Positions 10,949 to 21,121 of a DNA stretch of 64,000 nucleotides are shown here, piece after piece. Position 1 is the first letter of the stretch. The number at the start of each line of letters is the position of its first letter. The notes beneath the pieces were generated by a model. That model was not told where the DNA came from. It searched no databases and saw nothing but the letters and a program-made list of their open reading frames with translations. Made by a program: the position numbers and the translations under genes. Origin of the DNA: a virus. Its lineage: Duplodnaviria > Caudoviricetes. The stretch lies in the IMG/VR virus record IMGVR_UViG_3300036770_005357; one strand, written 5' to 3'.

Positions 10949-11674
10949 TTACAATCCAAATCTAGTTTTAACCGCGGAATAATTTTGTGAAATTTCTGTC
11001 GATGTTAATTCTCTATTATATAGTTGAAACGAATAAATAGTACCTTTGAAATAAACTTGTCCAGACGTTCCAAATGCTAGACGCATTTGTTGTCCATTAA
11101 CATTCAACATTGTTCCATTAAAAAAAGTAGCTGAATTTTCTAAATTATTGTTAATATATATTTTAGCAGTCGCAGTTGTTGTATTATTAAATGTAGCTGA
11201 AACCATAACATTTGTACCAAAATTAATACTTGTTGTTCCAAATAGTTGATAAAAAGTACCACCAGCAGTTTTTGCGGCAAATTCAAGTTTTTGTGTTCCA
11301 CCACCATTATTGAATTGAAAATAAGGAACAATTGGATTTCCGCTTGCATCACAAATAGCAAAAAAAGGAATGCTTCCCAAAGCATACGACATGTTTAACC
11401 AAACACAACAACTAAAACCATTAAGATTTAAATTATTAGAACTAACTGTACCAACACTTATATAATCATTAGTACCATCAAAAACTATACCGCCACCGTT
11501 ACTTGCATTAAACGATGGACCGTTAGTCAAAGTTCCATTGTTACTTTTACCACTTAAATCTGTCCAAGTTGTTGCACCACCTTGTGCATAAGATCTTAAT
11601 TGTGCAGCATCATAGTTAATCAACAATCCACTTGTTACTATTTGTATACCACTTGCTGTTGCTCCTCTATACAT
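10949..11674 (-). CDS. LamG/concanavalin-A-like lectin domain virion protein
   Basis: GLLINYDAA...WTDLSGKSNNGTL...FDGTNDY...YNRELTSTEISQNY pattern typical of phage LamG proteins. Confidence 0.8.
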   Translation of the reverse strand: MYRGATASGIQIVTSGLLINYDAAQLRSYAQGGATTWTDLSGKSNNGTLTNGPSFNASNGGGIVFDGTNDYISVGTVSSNNLNLNGFSCCVWLNMSYALGSIPFFAICDASGNPIVPYFQFNNGGGTQKLEFAAKTAGGTFYQLFGTTSINFGTNVMVSATFNNTTTATAKIYINNNLENSATFFNGTMLNVNGQQMRLAFGTSGQVYFKGTIYSFQLYNRELTSTEISQNYSAVKTRFGL

Positions 11675-11679
11675 AAAAT

Positions 11680-14600
11680 TTACGCGCTTAAGTTACCAAA
11701 CATATACCATTCATTGGTACCTACTTTAACCAAACTTGCTACACCATATCTAGCATTTATTTTATACCAGTTGTTTGCTGTTCTTAATTGAACACCGCCA
11801 CCTGAACTACCTGTTATTGTGGTTTGACCTGCACCATATTGTACAATATCTACTTTGGTACCTACTTTGAATGCTACTTGTGCATTTGTGGGTACATTCA
11901 CCGTATTAGCTGTAGCTACATTCATTTCAATAAGTTTACTTGCATCTGAAAGTGACATTGTATAGTTACCTGTTCTTCTATTGAATGTTGCATAATCTGT
12001 AAGTGAACCGCTTACTTCTAATTTAGATGATGGATTTGTTGTACCTATACCAATTTTACTTCCGGTTTCAAATATAATACTATTACCTACAGCTGTTGTA
12101 CTTGTAAATTTAGCGACATAGTTGGTTGTACCTGATACTGTACCACTTCCACCACCGCCTGCGCTAGCGAGTGCGTATGAAGCGGTACCAAAGAATCTGC
12201 CTTTACCATTGGTTGTAAACATGTTACTACCAGATACTCTAGTAGCATATAAACTACCATTCACTTCTAATGGATAAGCAGGACTCGTCGTTCCTATACC
12301 TACATTACCATTGCTAATTATAGACAATTTATAAGAATTGTTAGTATATAGATGTAATGGATTAGCTCCTATTGTACCCACTTCAAATGTTGTTGATGAA
12401 GCTAATATACTACCAATTCTCGTACCAGATACACCCATATCAAAATAAGGACTTTGACCTGTGTTTGAATTGATTTCAATACCGGCACTTGAACCTGATA
12501 TACCTAAAACTTTACCGTAATTTCTAGCAAAAATATCAGGACTACTTGTACCTATACCTACATTACCACCAAACACTTTATTAAATGATGTTTGTAAACT
12601 ATCTTCGGATATACTTGTTGCAAATGTTGTAATAGATCCACTATCAAATGTAGAATACCGGCTATTACCAAAAACATCGGTTTGTATAGTCCAATTGCTA
12701 TCTTGCAAATAACCATCATCACCATTTAGTTCAATATAAAGATTTCCAGCAGTTGCACTAGAAGCAGATACATACGAATTTACAACGACATTACCAACTT
12801 TTTCAACGGTTGTTAAATTAGTATTAAAATTATATGTATAACCTGAATATCCAACATAATCTAAATAATTTACACCCGAAGCATTATCTGCCATTGCTAT
12901 GGCTTTTACTTTAACAATAAAATCAGCACCGGCACCTGCTTTTGTAAACGGTATAGTTATTCTTATAGGATTATTTGTAGTTACAGTATTGACTTTACTA
13001 TAAATAATTGTTGAATCTAAAGTCATCAATCCAGCAACATGTAATTTGTTTTTTGGACTTGTTGTTCCTATACCTATATTACCATCACTTTTAATATATA
13101 ACATCGCTGCGGTTGTTTCAGCGTCGGCAGAAAATCTTATATTACTTGTTCCACCATAACCGGTTTTTATATTCAAATCGTTATCAGATCCATGATTAAC
13201 ACTATTATAATATCCATACCACCCTTTAAATGTACCGGATGCATTCATTAAACCTAAATGAGCATTTACACCCTTTATGTTAATTGTACCTACAGATCCC
13301 GCACCAGTACCTACAACTTGAAGTAAAGTACTTGGACTACTTGTACCTATACCAACATTACCATCACTGGCAACCCTCATTTTTTCAGTACCATTAGTTC
13401 CCATCGTCATAATGTTTGAAGCGTTTAATACCAAATTATTACCCATTCTAATTTGAGTATTTGTGACGGGCCCTTGAATTGTACTTTCGTCTTCTGATAA
13501 TTTTATTGCAGCTACTCCACCGGAATTTGATTGAACTATATGTAATTTAGCACTCGGACTTGTTGTGCCTATACCAACACTACTACCTGTAAGAGTCATT
13601 ACTATAGTACTCGCATTACCAGTATAGAAATTTAATCCTCTATCAGCACTACCAATCGTTTGTATATATGACATCTTGGTAGTATCAGAACCCATTTCAA
13701 CAGAATAAGAATTACTACTATTACCAGATATTCGTATAGCTTTTTGACCAGCACCATATATTTGAAGACCACCACCAGCTATAGTTGGACTTGTTGTACC
13801 TATACCTATATTACCGCCTGTTGTTGATGTTAAATTAATATTACCACTTCCATTATAAATGTATAGAGTTTCATCACTCGCAAACCTAATTGCTGCACCA
13901 TCATGTTGTCCTATCCAAAATTCTCTGCCTAGAGTTGTGATTAATGCCGATCCACCAGCAACTGACGCTGCATTATAAGAACCACCTCCGATTGATGGTA
14001 TATATCTGATATAGCTAGTATTATCTTCTACAGTCAAAGCAAATAAATCACTTATTACAGTTCCCGTATATACATTTAATTTAGCAGCAGGACCTGTTGT
14101 ACCTATACCTACATTGCCATCAGCAGCAATTCTTAACCTTTCACTACAAGTTCCACCGGATGTAGTGTAAAACTTCATATGACTTGGTGCACCACTTGCA
14201 GTAGATGAACTTACTACCAAAAAGGCACTTCCAGTCAAATTATTTGGCGCGCCATTTAATGGTCCCAGTGTACCAATATTACCAAATGCTATAGTATTGT
14301 TACCATTAGCAGCATTTGCAACGAACAAATTACCTTTTAAATCTAATTTTGTAGCAGGACTTGTTGTACCTATACCAACATTACCACCACTAGTAACGCG
14401 TAACTTTTCACTAAATGTTCCCGATGAATTTGCTGTATGTATTCTAAATGTGCCACTTTCGTCACCTGCCGTACTATTTTCTTTTACACCATCAATTGCA
14501 ACGAAATGTGCTACAGCACTATTAGAAGTTTTGTATCCCTTGAACAGTATTGCACCACCAACATTTGTAGTAGCATTTGCTGTATCTCTCAATACCAATG

Positions 14601-15696
14601 TACCAGCGTTTGTGGATGAATAAGTTTTTCCAGTTGCACCTACTACATCCAAAATACATTCAGGACTTGTTGTGCCTATACCTACATTACCATCACTTTT
14701 TATACGAACTCTTTCTGATAAATTTGTTTGAATTGATATAAAACCTGTATCATTATTTACTAAATAAAAATCTGTGCTATATTTTTGTATATAAGAATTA
14801 CCGTTACTATTTCTTAAAGCGCATATAGCATCACTAGGACCATACATTTCAATCAAAGCACGATTACTTACGGGATATATAAGTGATGTTGTACCTACAC
14901 CTATATTACCCATAAATAATGCTGCGGGTACTGTAGCTGATCCAGTAATGTGCAATTTAGCTATGGGACTACTTGTGCCTATACCTACATTGCCACCACC
15001 TAAAACGGTCATTACGGTAACATTATTACTACTTCCTCTGAAAATTGTTGCTCCGTCATTGGCTGTGGTTATATAATTTGAACCAGCATTTAAATAATTT
15101 AAATGTGTAATGTAAGCAGCTGCAGAACTTATTCGTACTTCTCCTGAACTTACTTCCAATTTAGCAGCGGGACTACTTGTGCCTATACCTACATTACCAT
15201 TTGTATCAATTCTAGCTTTTTCAGTTGCATTTGTTTGAAAAGCCAAAGATTTACTAGACAAACCGCCTACAATTGCTACATTAGTATCCCATGTTAAATA
15301 ACCATAATTTGCACCCGATCCCCAATACATTACACCATCGCCTGTCAAAACAAATTGACTAATACCACTTCCTAGTATCCTAAATCCGTCACTTGTAGAT
15401 GAAGCCACTACTTCTAATTTGTAAGCAGGACTTGTTGTGCCTATACCGATATTACCACTGTTGTCATAAATTACACTATTACCTAAATTTGAGGTAGAAG
15501 TGAATTTGGGAACATAATTTGTGGTACCGGAAATATTTTTGACACTACCGCTTAAACTGCCAGTGAAGCTGGCAGCTTTGAGAGTACCTGTATAAGTTAG
15601 ATTGCTGCCTGTTAGCATCAATCTTTGTTGGGTATTGCTACCGTCTTGGAATGTTATTAGTTTACTTCCGGGCGTTATTACGATATCATTTGGCAT
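11680..15696 (-). CDS. Long modular tail-fibre-like protein with repeated GNVGIGTT(S)P junctions
   Basis: 1338-aa ORF with about 13 GN(V/I)GIGTxxP-type motifs separating variable beta-rich cassettes. Confidence 0.8.
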   Translation of the reverse strand: MPNDIVITPGSKLITFQDGSNTQQRLMLTGSNLTYTGTLKAASFTGSLSGSVKNISGTTNYVPKFTSTSNLGNSVIYDNSGNIGIGTTSPAYKLEVVASSTSDGFRILGSGISQFVLTGDGVMYWGSGANYGYLTWDTNVAIVGGLSSKSLAFQTNATEKARIDTNGNVGIGTSSPAAKLEVSSGEVRISSAAAYITHLNYLNAGSNYITTANDGATIFRGSSNNVTVMTVLGGGNVGIGTSSPIAKLHITGSATVPAALFMGNIGVGTTSLIYPVSNRALIEMYGPSDAICALRNSNGNSYIQKYSTDFYLVNNDTGFISIQTNLSERVRIKSDGNVGIGTTSPECILDVVGATGKTYSSTNAGTLVLRDTANATTNVGGAILFKGYKTSNSAVAHFVAIDGVKENSTAGDESGTFRIHTANSSGTFSEKLRVTSGGNVGIGTTSPATKLDLKGNLFVANAANGNNTIAFGNIGTLGPLNGAPNNLTGSAFLVVSSSTASGAPSHMKFYTTSGGTCSERLRIAADGNVGIGTTGPAAKLNVYTGTVISDLFALTVEDNTSYIRYIPSIGGGSYNAASVAGGSALITTLGREFWIGQHDGAAIRFASDETLYIYNGSGNINLTSTTGGNIGIGTTSPTIAGGGLQIYGAGQKAIRISGNSSNSYSVEMGSDTTKMSYIQTIGSADRGLNFYTGNASTIVMTLTGSSVGIGTTSPSAKLHIVQSNSGGVAAIKLSEDESTIQGPVTNTQIRMGNNLVLNASNIMTMGTNGTEKMRVASDGNVGIGTSSPSTLLQVVGTGAGSVGTINIKGVNAHLGLMNASGTFKGWYGYYNSVNHGSDNDLNIKTGYGGTSNIRFSADAETTAAMLYIKSDGNIGIGTTSPKNKLHVAGLMTLDSTIIYSKVNTVTTNNPIRITIPFTKAGAGADFIVKVKAIAMADNASGVNYLDYVGYSGYTYNFNTNLTTVEKVGNVVVNSYVSASSATAGNLYIELNGDDGYLQDSNWTIQTDVFGNSRYSTFDSGSITTFATSISEDSLQTSFNKVFGGNVGIGTSSPDIFARNYGKVLGISGSSAGIEINSNTGQSPYFDMGVSGTRIGSILASSTTFEVGTIGANPLHLYTNNSYKLSIISNGNVGIGTTSPAYPLEVNGSLYATRVSGSNMFTTNGKGRFFGTASYALASAGGGGSGTVSGTTNYVAKFTSTTAVGNSIIFETGSKIGIGTTNPSSKLEVSGSLTDYATFNRRTGNYTMSLSDASKLIEMNVATANTVNVPTNAQVAFKVGTKVDIVQYGAGQTTITGSSGGGVQLRTANNWYKINARYGVASLVKVGTNEWYMFGNLSA

Positions 15697-15710
15697 ATAT
15701 TATAAATATT

Positions 15711-18700
15711 TTATAATTCGGGTACAAGTTTAGGTATATCTTTTCTTTCAGCGACTACATAATAGTAACAATTTATTGGGGTATTATTGTTATTATTTAT
15801 TAAGATAGTATTATCACTTATATTTTCTACATAAAGTTCTTGATAAGATTTTATTGGCGTCAATGTCACTGTTATAGTATCACTATGTACTAAATAAGGC
15901 CAATAATCAGGTAGTTCTATAACATTATTATTTTCTAATTTACCACGCACAAATACTGTATGCTCAGGCGACTCAGTTACACCATGTACAAGCCACTTGA
16001 CACTCTTAGCAGGATCAGGATGCTTAATCACGAAACTCTTCGTCGTAGCACCAAAACTACCACTCACTTGTAATCTGTAGCCAGGAGCACTAGTGCCAAT
16101 ACCTACACTGCCATTACCTTTAACAACCAATAAACTGTTGCCCGAATGATCTTCAACAGATAAAGCATAGTTTGATGAATGTTCTCTTATTCTTACACCA
16201 GCAGATGAAGCAGAAACATTTGCAGCGGTTAAATTGTTTAATCTTTCAAATAATCCTACATTGGCTTTGCCAGGACTACCATTGGCTTCTACAACATAAC
16301 ATACAGGAGTAGTTGCACTAGCAGCATTTCTATATAATTTAAGTATTGAAGCATTGGACGATCCACTCACTTCAAGTCTGCCAGTAGGACTTGTTGTGCC
16401 TATACCAACATTTCCTCCATTAGGATTTAACAACAAAGGATAATTAGCAGATAAACTTGTTTCGTCGGTAGATTGTAACCACGCACCGGCGCCACCGCTT
16501 CGTATACCAATATCTAGTACAGCATTATCATTTGTATTACTAATTCTAATTATGCCATTTTGAGAAGTACCCGTTGTTGCTGGATTTCCAACAGCCCCGT
16601 CTATATGAAATTTTTGAACGGGACTACTTGTACCTATACCTACATTACCATTTTCTTGTACTCTGAATAATTCTGTACCAGATTTTACTGCATTATTTTG
16701 TACAATAAATGCTTTATTTGTATCATTATCATTACTATCAATACTTACATAAACATTTCCGGCACTTGATAGATACAAACTATTATTAGACGATGCATCT
16801 TGAGCAACAGTAAGATCATAACTGTTATCTCTCTTTAGATAAATAAATTGATTAGCTGCATCATTTCCAAAATAAAGTTCACCGGCCAAAGCAGTTGATG
16901 CGAGTAATGCTGAACCAGAAACTACACTTAATTTTTGTGTAGGCGATGTTGTGCCTATACCTACATTGCCGGTACGAATTATAGTTAATGCATTAATAGA
17001 TCCTTCTTCGTAACGAATTATAAATTCACCATTGCTACTTGGATCTGCATTGCGAATAGACCAACGATAACCCGTATTTGATCCTAATGTTAATTTTGGA
17101 TCATAAGTTGCATCACCTAATAAAACTAAATTACTATTATAAAAAGTTGAATCTATTCCGCCTCTTATTCTAGTACTGCCTACCACTTCCAATTTAGCAG
17201 CAGGACTTGTTGTGCCTATACCTATATTACCAGCACTATTAACCCGCATTTTTTCGGTAGCACCTGTAATGTCTTTTATTATAAAATTAGTACCTAAAAA
17301 AATATAATCGGCAGCATAAGAATAAAAATCATTATAACCCGGACTTCCACCTCTATTAAAAGATTGAATAAAGTTTGATCCAATTTCTATATTTTGTGTA
17401 CTACCATTACTTATTACTAATTTCTCTTGAGGGTTTGTTGTTCCTACACCTACATTACCACTACTATTGATACGCATTTTTTCAGCCGGATTTGATGGAT
17501 GTTCCCGGGTAAAAAATCTCAAGTAAGTACTTACATTTCCAGATGTTGAGTTTTCTTTTCCACCATGTATTATTGCGCCTGTATTAAGATCAACACCGTT
17601 ATATAAATTGCCAAATGAAATACCACCACCAATATCAGTTGCTACGGTACTTGTTGAGTCAACGCTTAGTATATTTGATGGATAAACCGAACTAAATAAA
17701 GTACCGTTAACATGTAATTTTTGACCGGGACTTGTTGTGCCAATACCAACATTACCATTGCTGCCAGTAATACGCATTCTTTCAGTACCATTAAATCCAA
17801 ATAAAATACTACCAGCATCATTTCTTATCACGAAATCATTTGTATTTCCACCAGCGGCGCCTAAATAATTACCACCAACACCAATTACAGCTTTGCTTGA
17901 ACCTGCTTTCTTAAAATTAATCTTAGGACCGGCAGTAGAAGGATTATCAGCACTTGCTGCTATATCCAATAATTCAGCAGGACTACTTGTACCAATACCA
18001 ACATTACTGCCGTTATCATATATAACACTGTCACCCAATTTATTTCCAGCAGTTGCTTTTGGTACATAATTGGTTGTTAAATCAACATTATTATTTGGAC
18101 CGGTTATTAGTTTATTTTGACTATTTGTTGCGGTACTACCACTTACAAAGAAATAATTACCAAAACTGTCCCACAATATGCTACTTTTAGCCGTACTACC
18201 ACTGTCATTCATTTCTATACCAGCATAACGCTTATAAGGACTTAAAGCGTTAAGTGTAATGATATTATCACCAATTACAACTTTGCTGCTGGTAATATAA
18301 ACATAACTAGCACTCAATATTGTACTAGCACCGGTTACACTCAAATTACCATTTACAGTTAATGTAGTACCATCAAATGTCAAATTACTCTCTACAGTAG
18401 CACTACTGCCAAATCCATTGTAAGTTACAACACCATTATTTGTAGATCCAGTCAGTGCCAATGTACCATTCACTCCACTCGTACCAGCACTTCCACTTGA
18501 ACCTGATGTACCTGAACTACCAGATGAACCAGTTGAACCAGACGACCCAGATGATCCTGATGTACCACTTGAACCACTTGTACCGGAACTACCACTTGTA
18601 CCAGATGAACCTGATGTACCCGAACTACCGGATGATCCTGATGTACCACTTGAACCACTTGTACCGGAACTACCACTTGTACCAGCAGAACCGCTTGTAC

Positions 18701-20165
18701 CGGAACTACCGCTTGATCCACTACTACCAGATGATCCCGATGTTCCACTTGATCCACTTGTACCGGATTCACCGCTGCTACCAGATGAACCACTACTACC
18801 AGATGATCCCGATGTACCACTTGATCCACTACTACCGGATGATCCTGATGTACCACTTGAACCACTTGTACCGGATTCACCGCTGCTACCAGATGAACCA
18901 CTACTACCAGATGATCCCGATGTACCACTTGAACCACTTGTACCAGATTCACCGCTTGATCCACTACTACCGGATGATCCTGATGTACCACTTGAACCAC
19001 TTGTACCGGATTCACCGCTGCTACCAGATGAACCACTACTACCAGATGATCCCGATGTTCCACTTGATCCACTCGTACCGGATTCACCGCTGCTACCAGA
19101 TGAACCACTACTACCAGATGATCCCGATGTTCCACTTGAACCACTTGTACCGGAACTACCGCTTGATCCACTACTACCAGATGATCCCGATGTTCCACTT
19201 GAACCACTTGTACCGGAACTACCGCTTGATCCACTACTACCAGATGATCCCGATGTTCCACTTGATCCACTCGTACCGGAACTACCGCTTGATCCACTAC
19301 TACCAGATGATCCCGATGTTCCACTTGATCCACTCGTACCGGATGATCCTGATGTACCACTTGAACCAGAACTTCCGCTGGTACCACTCGTACCACTTGA
19401 ACCTGCTGGAGTTGCTGTAGACTTATAAATGTTACCGGTTGAATCGTCTACAGTTAAATAATATCCCGTTGCATTCGTACTCAATGATGTTAATTGAGCA
19501 TTGCTCGCCGTTACATAACCACTTATTAATGTATTCTGACCAATCGTCACTACTATACCATCGTCACTTATACTGCTATTATTTATTTGATTACCAGCAA
19601 CAGCTTTAGGAATATAATTTACAGTCAAATTACTAACATTATCCGGACCCAAAATCAACTTGTTCTGACTATTTGTTGCGGTACTACCACTTATAAAAAA
19701 ATAATTGCCTAAACTATCCCATAATATGCTACTCTTAGCACTGCTTCCACTGTCATACATCTCCATACCAGCATAACGCTTATATGGACTATAAGCATTA
19801 AGTGTAATAATGTTATCACCAATTACAACCTGACTGCTTGTAAAATATATGTAACTAGCACTTACCGAAGTCAATGTACCATTTACAAATAAATTTCCAT
19901 TGATTATAGCTCCACTAGCAGTAATATTACCGCCTTTTAAATTTGAAACAATATAAGAATAACTGCTTGAAATTGAATTGTTACTCCAACTACTTGTTAT
20001 GGGATAAGTACTGCCTGTATATATTTTTGTACCACCACTACCAGCATTCAACGCAAAACTTGCGGTAATTGCTTTACTAGCAGTAGCATACATTATATTT
20101 TTGCTAAAGAAGCTACTAGAAAGATGTAGTGATCCGGATACAAATATTGGGCCGTAAATGTTCAT
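15711..20165 (-). CDS. Tail-fibre-like protein with ~310-aa Gly-Ser/Thr tract and C-terminal KSFVIKHP domain
   Basis: 1484-aa ORF with an internal duplication, a GSS tract, GNVGIGT motifs and a C-terminal KSFVIKHPDP...LVHGVTESPE domain typical of phage fibres. Confidence 0.82.
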   Translation of the reverse strand: MNIYGPIFVSGSLHLSSSFFSKNIMYATASKAITASFALNAGSGGTKIYTGSTYPITSSWSNNSISSSYSYIVSNLKGGNITASGAIINGNLFVNGTLTSVSASYIYFTSSQVVIGDNIITLNAYSPYKRYAGMEMYDSGSSAKSSILWDSLGNYFFISGSTATNSQNKLILGPDNVSNLTVNYIPKAVAGNQINNSSISDDGIVVTIGQNTLISGYVTASNAQLTSLSTNATGYYLTVDDSTGNIYKSTATPAGSSGTSGTSGSSGSSGTSGSSGTSGSSGTSGSSGSSGSSGSSGTSGSSGTSGSSGSSGSSGSSGTSGSSGTSGSSGSSGSSGSSGTSGSSGTSGSSGSSGSSGSSGESGTSGSSGTSGSSGSSGSSGSSGESGTSGSSGTSGSSGSSGSSGESGTSGSSGTSGSSGSSGSSGSSGESGTSGSSGTSGSSGSSGSSGTSGSSGSSGSSGSSGESGTSGSSGTSGSSGSSGSSGSSGTSGSAGTSGSSGTSGSSGTSGSSGSSGTSGSSGTSGSSGTSGSSGTSGSSGSSGSTGSSGSSGTSGSSGSAGTSGVNGTLALTGSTNNGVVTYNGFGSSATVESNLTFDGTTLTVNGNLSVTGASTILSASYVYITSSKVVIGDNIITLNALSPYKRYAGIEMNDSGSTAKSSILWDSFGNYFFVSGSTATNSQNKLITGPNNNVDLTTNYVPKATAGNKLGDSVIYDNGSNVGIGTSSPAELLDIAASADNPSTAGPKINFKKAGSSKAVIGVGGNYLGAAGGNTNDFVIRNDAGSILFGFNGTERMRITGSNGNVGIGTTSPGQKLHVNGTLFSSVYPSNILSVDSTSTVATDIGGGISFGNLYNGVDLNTGAIIHGGKENSTSGNVSTYLRFFTREHPSNPAEKMRINSSGNVGVGTTNPQEKLVISNGSTQNIEIGSNFIQSFNRGGSPGYNDFYSYAADYIFLGTNFIIKDITGATEKMRVNSAGNIGIGTTSPAAKLEVVGSTRIRGGIDSTFYNSNLVLLGDATYDPKLTLGSNTGYRWSIRNADPSSNGEFIIRYEEGSINALTIIRTGNVGIGTTSPTQKLSVVSGSALLASTALAGELYFGNDAANQFIYLKRDNSYDLTVAQDASSNNSLYLSSAGNVYVSIDSNDNDTNKAFIVQNNAVKSGTELFRVQENGNVGIGTSSPVQKFHIDGAVGNPATTGTSQNGIIRISNTNDNAVLDIGIRSGGAGAWLQSTDETSLSANYPLLLNPNGGNVGIGTTSPTGRLEVSGSSNASILKLYRNAASATTPVCYVVEANGSPGKANVGLFERLNNLTAANVSASSAGVRIREHSSNYALSVEDHSGNSLLVVKGNGSVGIGTSAPGYRLQVSGSFGATTKSFVIKHPDPAKSVKWLVHGVTESPEHTVFVRGKLENNNVIELPDYWPYLVHSDTITVTLTPIKSYQELYVENISDNTILINNNNNTPINCYYYVVAERKDIPKLVPEL

Positions 20166-20246
20166 ATAGTTACTACTGCTAAGTACACTATATAATTATA
20201 ATAAACATAACCAATTGTAATGGATTAATTTTAACGATATTAATAC

Positions 20247-21107
20247 TCAAGAAACCGTGACAATTCCAAAATAATCACTGCCACCCGTCGCCGGTTTACA
20301 ATAAATAAAAATACAATCATTAGCACTAATACTTAAACCACTAAATGTATAGGTTTGTACAGTATATTGTGTAACCGTTTTAGTTTGTGAAACTCCTTGA
20401 ATTGTTGCGGTAGAGAAATCAGATCCATTTGATGATTTATATACCGCTATTTCAGTACTATTGCTCGCAACACCATTTTGTCTTATATAAACATTAACCG
20501 TTGACAAACCAGATGCGGGAATCAAAAATGCCGAATCAGCAACAGTGCTGGCAGAAGCATCAGATGTTCTTGTAAACGCATTAAAATAAAATGCATTGGC
20601 ATTGCTTCTATTAGCACCAACTACTATACGAACAACAGATGTAGCAGATATAGGCGATGTACCACTTGTTCCACTACTACCAGTTGCGCCACTTGTACCG
20701 GCACTACCACTACTACCGGATGTACCACTTGAACCACTCGTACCACTAGACCCACTACTACCATTTTGACCACTAGTACCACTTGAACCGTTTTGTCCAC
20801 TACTACCAGATGAACCATCTTGACCACTTGTACCACTGCTACCTGTTTGACCGCTAGTACCACTACTTCCACCAGTACCTGTGTTACCACTACTTCCACT
20901 ACTACCAGATGTACCCGAACCACCTCCGCCTCCACCACCTACCGTTTTTTGTACAGTACCATCAGAGGTTATTGTAAGATATGTTGTATTGGATGGATTT
21001 GTTACAAGATTTGTTAATTTGATATATGAAGATGTTAATGAACTATCTACAACAACTTTACCTATTGCTGTACTACTTACCAATAATGTTGGTTCATATA
21101 TCTTCAT
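20247..21107 (-). CDS. Gly-Ser-rich putative virion protein
   Basis: 286-aa ORF with a GSSG tract and a beta-rich C-terminus. Confidence 0.7.
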   Translation of the reverse strand: MKIYEPTLLVSSTAIGKVVVDSSLTSSYIKLTNLVTNPSNTTYLTITSDGTVQKTVGGGGGGGSGTSGSSGSSGNTGTGGSSGTSGQTGSSGTSGQDGSSGSSGQNGSSGTSGQNGSSGSSGTSGSSGTSGSSGSAGTSGATGSSGTSGTSPISATSVVRIVVGANRSNANAFYFNAFTRTSDASASTVADSAFLIPASGLSTVNVYIRQNGVASNSTEIAVYKSSNGSDFSTATIQGVSQTKTVTQYTVQTYTFSGLSISANDCIFIYCKPATGGSDYFGIVTVS

Positions 21108-21121
21108 TTGTTATATAAATA

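Noticed and set aside
1-19410. CRISPR array or mini-array in the 51-nt and 63-nt periodic DNA
   Set aside because: The repeats are degenerate, in frame and protein-coding, with no identical repeat/unique spacer pattern and no cas genes.
9352-20938. Long Pro/Leu-, Val/Gln- and His/Tyr-rich ORFs (9352+, 9509-, 18455+, 18470-, 20624-)
   Set aside because: Stop-free by-products of the GSS/GTS codon repeats; no independent start signals.
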